From NCBI GenBank assembly GCA_038045705.1, contig JBBSXO010000002.1:1-64000 (forward strand): a DNA stretch of 64,000 nt, written 5' to 3'. Positions 59,022 to 64,000 of this stretch are shown here, piece after piece; positions within the stretch are counted from its first letter, which is position 1; each line of letters starts with the position of its first letter. Below the pieces are notes generated by a model. The model was not told where the DNA came from, searched no databases, and saw nothing but the letters and a program-made list of their open reading frames with translations. This stretch comes from Nanobdellota archaeon. GTDB taxonomy: Archaea; Nanobdellota; Nanobdellia; Pacearchaeales; GW2011-AR1. A program made the translations under genes and the position numbers.

Positions 59022-60842
59022 TCACAGTAAAATCTCAAAATCTCCAAGTTCTTTACTTAAGGCAGAAAGTACAGAAGAAGAAATTTTAACCTGAGTTTTA
59101 TCATTCTTATGAGTTACTAAGGCTTTCTCCAAAGCAATACTATCGCTCAACTTGAAAGAATTACCGACTATCTGCATCACACGACCAGATTCAATAAAGA
59201 AATTTCCAGAACCAGTCAAAACAAGTTCTCCTTTTTTATCTCCAAAGACAACTTCAACAACTTCTTTTTCCTCAAGAAGCAAATCAGCTCTCTGTGTATA
59301 ATCAAGCAATTCTTTAATCAATTCAATTGCATCTCTACGAAGAGCACCCATTTCCAAAGAAGTAATTTTTCCAGATTTAACCCTAGATTTCATAGCAACA
59401 ATTTCTTTCAAAGGCTTGGCAAATCTAGGTTGCAATTTACCCTTGGCAATCAGTTCATTATTTACATCCTTAACAAGAGCATCAACACTCTTATCACCAA
59501 ATATTTTCTTAAGTAAATCAAAAACCTCTTTATAGCTACGATCAGCATCATGAACAATCAATCTAGCTTCTAGTTTTTTCCTTATTTCTTGAAGTTTCTT
59601 ATCATATTTTTTAGACTCTTCAAGTAGCTCATCAACTTCTTTTCCAGGAATAGTTTTCAAAGTTCCATGTTCATAATCTTTATACAATTTAATAACTCTT
59701 TCAAGGAACTTCAATTCATTTACAGACATTATTTTTTCCGTATCGACTAAAACTTTCTTAACATCTGCAACCATATGTTTTGGAGCAGGAGGAGCATGAC
59801 CTGCAAGCATCACAAGAGCTTGCGTAGGAGTTACGACTCCCCAATAAATATCAACCATCGCATCAATTAATCTTCTAGTGACAAGAGACTCATTTTGCTC
59901 TCCATATTTCATAAATTTATCGACCGCCTCAGGAGATGGCTTAACTTTACCCATCTGGAGTAATAATTTCCAAGGCAAGAATGTACCCCTGTCATACATT
60001 GGTACACCATCACGAATAAAGGTAAACATTACAGGATTTGCATCTTTAACATTATCCCAGAAATCAGTCAACAAATAGACTTGAACATTTAAAACATTTT
60101 TAGTTCCAGATAAAGCAGTTGCTTCACGAATATAATCATGAATCATTCCCCTAAGTTTTTCAAGCAACTGTAACCGAGGCATTCTTTTTACATCAGTATC
60201 ATCAATAATAACAAAAGTATCTACATCACTTGTTTTATCAGCAGTACCTCTAACAAGACTCCCACCAACAACATAACTAGCAACATATTTTTCAAACTTA
60301 CGTAAAACCAAAGTCTTATGGATATTAGCAAGTCTCATTGAACCAAGCAAACCTTTATCATGCAATGGGAAACTGGAAGCAATAGCATCAACAAATTCAA
60401 ATTTGCTATCTAAACCATAATTCCACAAATCAACTTCAGTTTTTATGTGAACCCATAACTCTTGTTTTGATTCCTTAACCAACTTCAAAATCTCAGGTTT
60501 AATCTTCTTAGGAATATTCTTAAATTCATCTTCGGGAATAAGCATAACCATGTGAATAGGCTTTTTAGCAATTTCTTCAGGAAGCAAACCTTCATCTTCT
60601 TCAAACAACTTGAAAGCAGGCGCAGGCAAGATACTCAAAAAAGTAGTAAATGGAAACTTCTTAACTAATTTTTTCTTAAAATCCTCAAAACTTTCCTTGA
60701 GTTTCTCATTCTTAGCTAAATTCTCATCAGAAATTTGAGGCATAGAACCAGGAATATTCCCAGGTGGAACATAAGTATTAGTAGAAGACATAGCATCACT
60801 CAGGCCATGAGATTTCTTTTCCTGCATATCAACAAAAAGCAT
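59022..60842 (-). CDS. Nucleotidyltransferase (degenerate plus intact NTase) with HEPN-like domain
   Basis: VGGSLVRG...SDVDTFVIIDD; paralogous to 52021-52860. Confidence 0.8.
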   Translation of the reverse strand: MLFVDMQEKKSHGLSDAMSSTNTYVPPGNIPGSMPQISDENLAKNEKLKESFEDFKKKLVKKFPFTTFLSILPAPAFKLFEEDEGLLPEEIAKKPIHMVMLIPEDEFKNIPKKIKPEILKLVKESKQELWVHIKTEVDLWNYGLDSKFEFVDAIASSFPLHDKGLLGSMRLANIHKTLVLRKFEKYVASYVVGGSLVRGTADKTSDVDTFVIIDDTDVKRMPRLQLLEKLRGMIHDYIREATALSGTKNVLNVQVYLLTDFWDNVKDANPVMFTFIRDGVPMYDRGTFLPWKLLLQMGKVKPSPEAVDKFMKYGEQNESLVTRRLIDAMVDIYWGVVTPTQALVMLAGHAPPAPKHMVADVKKVLVDTEKIMSVNELKFLERVIKLYKDYEHGTLKTIPGKEVDELLEESKKYDKKLQEIRKKLEARLIVHDADRSYKEVFDLLKKIFGDKSVDALVKDVNNELIAKGKLQPRFAKPLKEIVAMKSRVKSGKITSLEMGALRRDAIELIKELLDYTQRADLLLEEKEVVEVVFGDKKGELVLTGSGNFFIESGRVMQIVGNSFKLSDSIALEKALVTHKNDKTQVKISSSVLSALSKELGDFEILL

Positions 60843-60912
60843 TAATGCTATTTAAGGCTTACCAAAAGCGTTAATAAAGCTTAATCTCTTTAATAAAAAG
60901 GAAAAAGAAAAG

Positions 60913-61455
60913 ATGCCACAAGCAGTTACACACGTTTTAATACCTATAATTTTATTATCAATATTTAGACACATCTATCAAAAAAGAACTAATAAAAAAT
61001 TCCCATTACAATACGTCTTAATAGGAGGTCTAGCAGGAGTAATTCCAGATTTAGATATTCCTTTATTCTGGATAATGCATTACTTCGGCTACAGCCTAGA
61101 ACAAATCCATCGAACTTTTTTACACACAATTTTCATCCCGCTAATTTTTTTAGCACTGGCATTTATATCAAAATATACAATAAAAAAGAAAATTGGCAGA
61201 AATAAACTTTCAATTCCAGTGATCTTAATTTTATTTGCATTTGGCAGCACAATACACCTTATCCTAGACTCAACTTTGGCAGGATATATAACTCCATTAT
61301 ATCCATTTTCAGAAACAAAGTTTGGAACAGGTTTTCCATTCAGCATCTTACCCGAACATCTAGCAATATTTTTCTTAGCAACTTTAGATGGAGTTCTATT
61401 TATATTATGGATTTTATATCTAGAAATAAAACACAAAATATCGGATTTTATATGA
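60913..61455 (+). CDS. Membrane metal-dependent hydrolase (YdjM-like)
   Basis: TH, PDLD, HRTFLH, HLILD. Confidence 0.85.
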   Translation: MPQAVTHVLIPIILLSIFRHIYQKRTNKKFPLQYVLIGGLAGVIPDLDIPLFWIMHYFGYSLEQIHRTFLHTIFIPLIFLALAFISKYTIKKKIGRNKLSIPVILILFAFGSTIHLILDSTLAGYITPLYPFSETKFGTGFPFSILPEHLAIFFLATLDGVLFILWILYLEIKHKISDFI

Positions 61456-61871
61456 ATATATTATTTCTATGCAAAGCAAATATGTTCAGAAGCCAAATGG
61501 CAGAAGCATGGTGCAACCTTCTGTCTAAAAACAAAGTAAAAAGTGCAGCATTAATAGCACATGAAGGGAAATTATCTTGGTTAGTTATAGATTCTAGTAA
61601 AGAATTTGGATTAGATCTATCAAATCATATATCTAAAGACGTAACCAAATCAATGATTCAAAAAGCAGATCTTATCATAATTATGAACAAAAATTTACGT
61701 GAACATTTTGAGAAATATAAAAAGTTGCTAAAGAAAAATGCTTTAGTTGAAATGTGGGAAATTCAAGATATAGTAGCAAAAGATACAGACAATGATATTT
61801 ATCCTGAATTTGTTAAAACTTGTAAAATTATAGGGGAAAAAGTAAAATCTTTAGTTAAAAGATATGGATGA
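61452..61871 (+). CDS. Low-molecular-weight phosphatase / arsenate reductase family
   Basis: LFLCKANMFRSQMAEA P-loop. Confidence 0.85.
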   Translation: MNILFLCKANMFRSQMAEAWCNLLSKNKVKSAALIAHEGKLSWLVIDSSKEFGLDLSNHISKDVTKSMIQKADLIIIMNKNLREHFEKYKKLLKKNALVEMWEIQDIVAKDTDNDIYPEFVKTCKIIGEKVKSLVKRYG

Positions 61872-62003
61872 AGAAATAGACTCTAATTATGTTTGTGAAG
61901 CTCGTGGTTATCAATCACTAAATTCTTCTATTGCTTTTATACTATCCAAAATTACTTGGTGTAAATAATATTGTCTTAAAGGTTAAATTCTTTGTTATAT
62001 GAA

Positions 62004-62270
62004 TTACATTGCTCTCAATTTATCTTTGTATTCATGAAAAGAAATTTCAGCTGGTCTTATATCTAGTACTTCTTTAAGTCTTGAAGCAATACACCCAAGC
62101 TGAGAACCTGCTTCAAAAGGACCCTCTACAAGCCCTAATCTAACAGCTTCTTTTAAATCTTGAAAACTCTTTCCTTCTTTGTAACCTGCAACCTTCTCTA
62201 GACTGTTTGCATCTATTCCTTCAAAAAAAATCCTCTCGACAAGAGCAACGTAATATCGATGATTCTCCAT
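62004..62270 (-). CDS. Hypothetical protein
   Basis: 88-aa ORF. Confidence 0.5.
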   Translation of the reverse strand: MENHRYYVALVERIFFEGIDANSLEKVAGYKEGKSFQDLKEAVRLGLVEGPFEAGSQLGCIASRLKEVLDIRPAEISFHEYKDKLRAM

Positions 62271-62331
62271 TGATGTTTATTTAATTAATATGTTTTTAAT
62301 AATTTGTGTAATCTGACTGTATATTACTATA

Positions 62332-62370
62332 TGGCCCGTGGAAGAATCGGACTTCCGCCTTCTCGGTGTA
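62332..62370 (-). pseudogene. Orphan tRNA 3' half (Val-TAC-like)
   Basis: TAC-AC-CGAGA-AGGC-GGAAG-TCCGATT-CTTCC-ACGGGCC-A; perfect T stem; no matching 5' half in the window. Confidence 0.7.
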
Positions 62371-62388
62371 TAAATGCTCTTCTTATAA

Positions 62389-62489
62389 TGGCCCCACGCA
62401 GACTCGAACTGCGAATTACTCGGCTTTTAGTGTCTTCATTTCTTCCAACAGATGTAAACGAGTCGTTTGAACCCTTAGACTATGGGGCC
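62389..62489 (-). tRNA. tRNA-Val(TAC) with 29-nt intron at 37/38 (62424-62452)
   Basis: GGCCCCA/TGGGGCC acceptor, ACTCG/CGAGT anticodon stem, BHB core TTTA/TAAA, T arm CGCAG-TTCGAGT-CTGCG; weak D stem. Confidence 0.85.
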
Positions 62490-62493
62490 ATAC

Positions 62494-63441
62494 TTACGAT
62501 TTTATTTTACTTATTATAAACGTTTCTACCTGTTCTTTTTTTGGTACTTTTCCAGTTCTTAGAAACTCTTTATATTTGTAATTATTCTTAAAATTTGAGA
62601 ATCCTATTTTATCATAAAAATCTTTTACTTTCTCTTTTGTATAAATCATAATTCCTTTGTTGTATACTCCATGCTTTATTTCTAACATCTTTAACCCTTG
62701 ACTTACAGAATCTATTAAAGACTTTATTGTAATGGATAAATGAATCATTATTTTTGAATTTGGGTGTGAAGATAAACTTCCATCTGTATCCATTAATCCC
62801 CTTATACAAGACGCCACGGCTTCTTTATTAGCCATAATATAACCAGGAATTACTGGATTTGAGCCATATTTTACTCCTATTGGAAATCCGCATTTGTTTA
62901 GATATTCTGCTACTTTCTTACTATAAATTAAGCACCTTATCACCCTTTCTCTTTTATTAGTATAAATTTTTGGATAAAATCCAAAGAGATTATTAATTAG
63001 ATTATTCAAAAAATTGTTATAATAAAAATAGTCCACTATTTTATCTCCTGTAATAGATGTAGCTTTTTTATCTGAAAATATGCACCCATCTCCTAATAAT
63101 ACTCCATACAATTCTGCAAAATGAGGATTTTCTTTATCTGGAAAAGTTACTTCTTTTATTTGTAACTTCTGACCCCAGAAAGGTTCAGTTCTTTTAATAT
63201 CTAATTTAGTAATATCAACATCTGCTAATTTTATTAATTTATTAAACTTTGATGATGCAATTGTTCTATTAGGTATTAACCAATCATGAATTACTGCTTG
63301 CAGGTTAATTTCTAGTTTAGAGGCTAGTTGCTTCCAAGTTAGATTATTCTTTATCTTAGCTGAATTAAGAATTTCTTTTAAAGATCTCTTATCTAATAGT
63401 ATTCTTTCTTCTATAAACCTACCGTCAGTTGTTCTTTTCAT
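62494..63441 (-). CDS. Free-standing LAGLIDADG endonuclease-like protein with N-terminal HTH
   Basis: Two motifs AELYGVLLGDG and IRGLMDTDG; N-terminal LTWKQLASKL; no intein splice residues. Confidence 0.85.
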   Translation of the reverse strand: MKRTTDGRFIEERILLDKRSLKEILNSAKIKNNLTWKQLASKLEINLQAVIHDWLIPNRTIASSKFNKLIKLADVDITKLDIKRTEPFWGQKLQIKEVTFPDKENPHFAELYGVLLGDGCIFSDKKATSITGDKIVDYFYYNNFLNNLINNLFGFYPKIYTNKRERVIRCLIYSKKVAEYLNKCGFPIGVKYGSNPVIPGYIMANKEAVASCIRGLMDTDGSLSSHPNSKIMIHLSITIKSLIDSVSQGLKMLEIKHGVYNKGIMIYTKEKVKDFYDKIGFSNFKNNYKYKEFLRTGKVPKKEQVETFIISKIKS

Positions 63442-63543
63442 TTCTTTTAATAATGCTCTTTTATTTATATTTATTCATACTACTAGACTAATATTATGAT
63501 TAGAATAAAGCTTTATAAAACCTTTCTGTCCACTAACAAATAA

Positions 63544-63647
63544 GCGCGGGTAGTATAGTGGTTAGTATACGACGTTGCCACTTTTTCCCTTTAGTAAGAA
63601 GAGAAAGCAAAGACGTTGTGGCCCGGGTTCAATTCCCGGCCCGCGCA
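63544..63647 (+). tRNA. tRNA-Gly(GCC) with 32-nt intron at 37/38 (63581-63612)
   Basis: GCGCGGG/CCCGCGC acceptor, CGACG/CGTTG stem, BHB core TTGC/GCAA. Confidence 0.93.
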
Positions 63648-63727
63648 TACCTCCATCATGGCTCCTTTCATGTGAACTCGCCTTATTGTCCGAACCTTTC
63701 ATTAAAAAAAATATAAACTCTTTTAAT

Positions 63728-64000
63728 CTAAACTTCTTTAGAAAGATTCCATAGAAAGTCAAATTGCTTTCTAAAAGTATTAAACACTTCTTCATTCTTG
63801 ATTACCACCCCAAGAGGCTCTCCTGAATAGACTATTATAGCAACTTGATCCTCAAACAGCATAATCTCAGTTACCTGAATTAATTGTCGAGGCAGTTTCT
63901 TACGTTCGCTAAGAGCTTTAGTTATTCCAACTGTATTCTTAAAATCTGCATTAAAAAGGAGATGTTCTTTTATTTTACGATTTTTTCTTAACTGATTAAA
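63728..64000 (-). CDS. C-terminal part of a probable TrmB-family regulator (cut by the window edge)
   Basis: ...IMLFEDQVAII...GVVIKNEEVFNTFRKQFDFLWN*. Confidence 0.65.
   Translation of the reverse strand, partial: FNQLRKNRKIKEHLLFNADFKNTVGITKALSERKKLPRQLIQVTEIMLFEDQVAIIVYSGEPLGVVIKNEEVFNTFRKQFDFLWNLSKEV

Noticed and set aside
376-61436. Many short antisense or alternate-frame ORFs in the track (e.g. 376-570, 16016-16462, 27278-27541, 61089-61436)
   Set aside because: Contained within or largely overlapping well-supported genes; no motifs
62304-62519. 71-aa plus-strand ORF
   Set aside because: Antisense shadow of the tRNA-Val locus
62494-63441. LAGLIDADG as an intein or intron-encoded ORF
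   Set aside because: No host extein, no Cys/Ser start or His-Asn end, and no flanking 5' exon found in the window
63562-63795. 77-aa minus-strand ORF
   Set aside because: Overlaps tRNA-Gly and the TrmB-like CDS in another frame

Overview
AT-rich archaeal chromosome segment, most consistent with a DPANN archaeon of Pacearchaeota type (unsplit RpoA and RpoB, archaeal EF-1a/EF-2, L35ae, L16/L10e, BHB-intron tRNAs, TATA boxes ~25 bp upstream of many start codons). It holds the rpoH-rpoB-rpoA-nusA-rps12-rps7-fusA-tuf cluster broken up by orphan ORFs, a class II RNR, ThrRS, GluRS, PEP synthase, three pilin-like genes, two NTase-HEPN paralogs and three tRNAs. Most notable: (1) three bacterial ECF sigma-70-like genes in an archaeon; (2) a T4-type lysozyme and an M23-like secreted protein, suggesting interaction with bacteria; (3) a duplicated ~76-bp leader (22-24 aa uORF plus 50-nt inverted repeat) before nusA and before an RHH gene; (4) a LAGLIDADG gene abutting an intron-bearing tRNA-Val, followed by an orphan tRNA 3' half, with a decayed copy of that tRNA-Val at 22.98 kb beside a toxin-antitoxin pair. 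All calls come from reading motifs by eye; no database searches were run.
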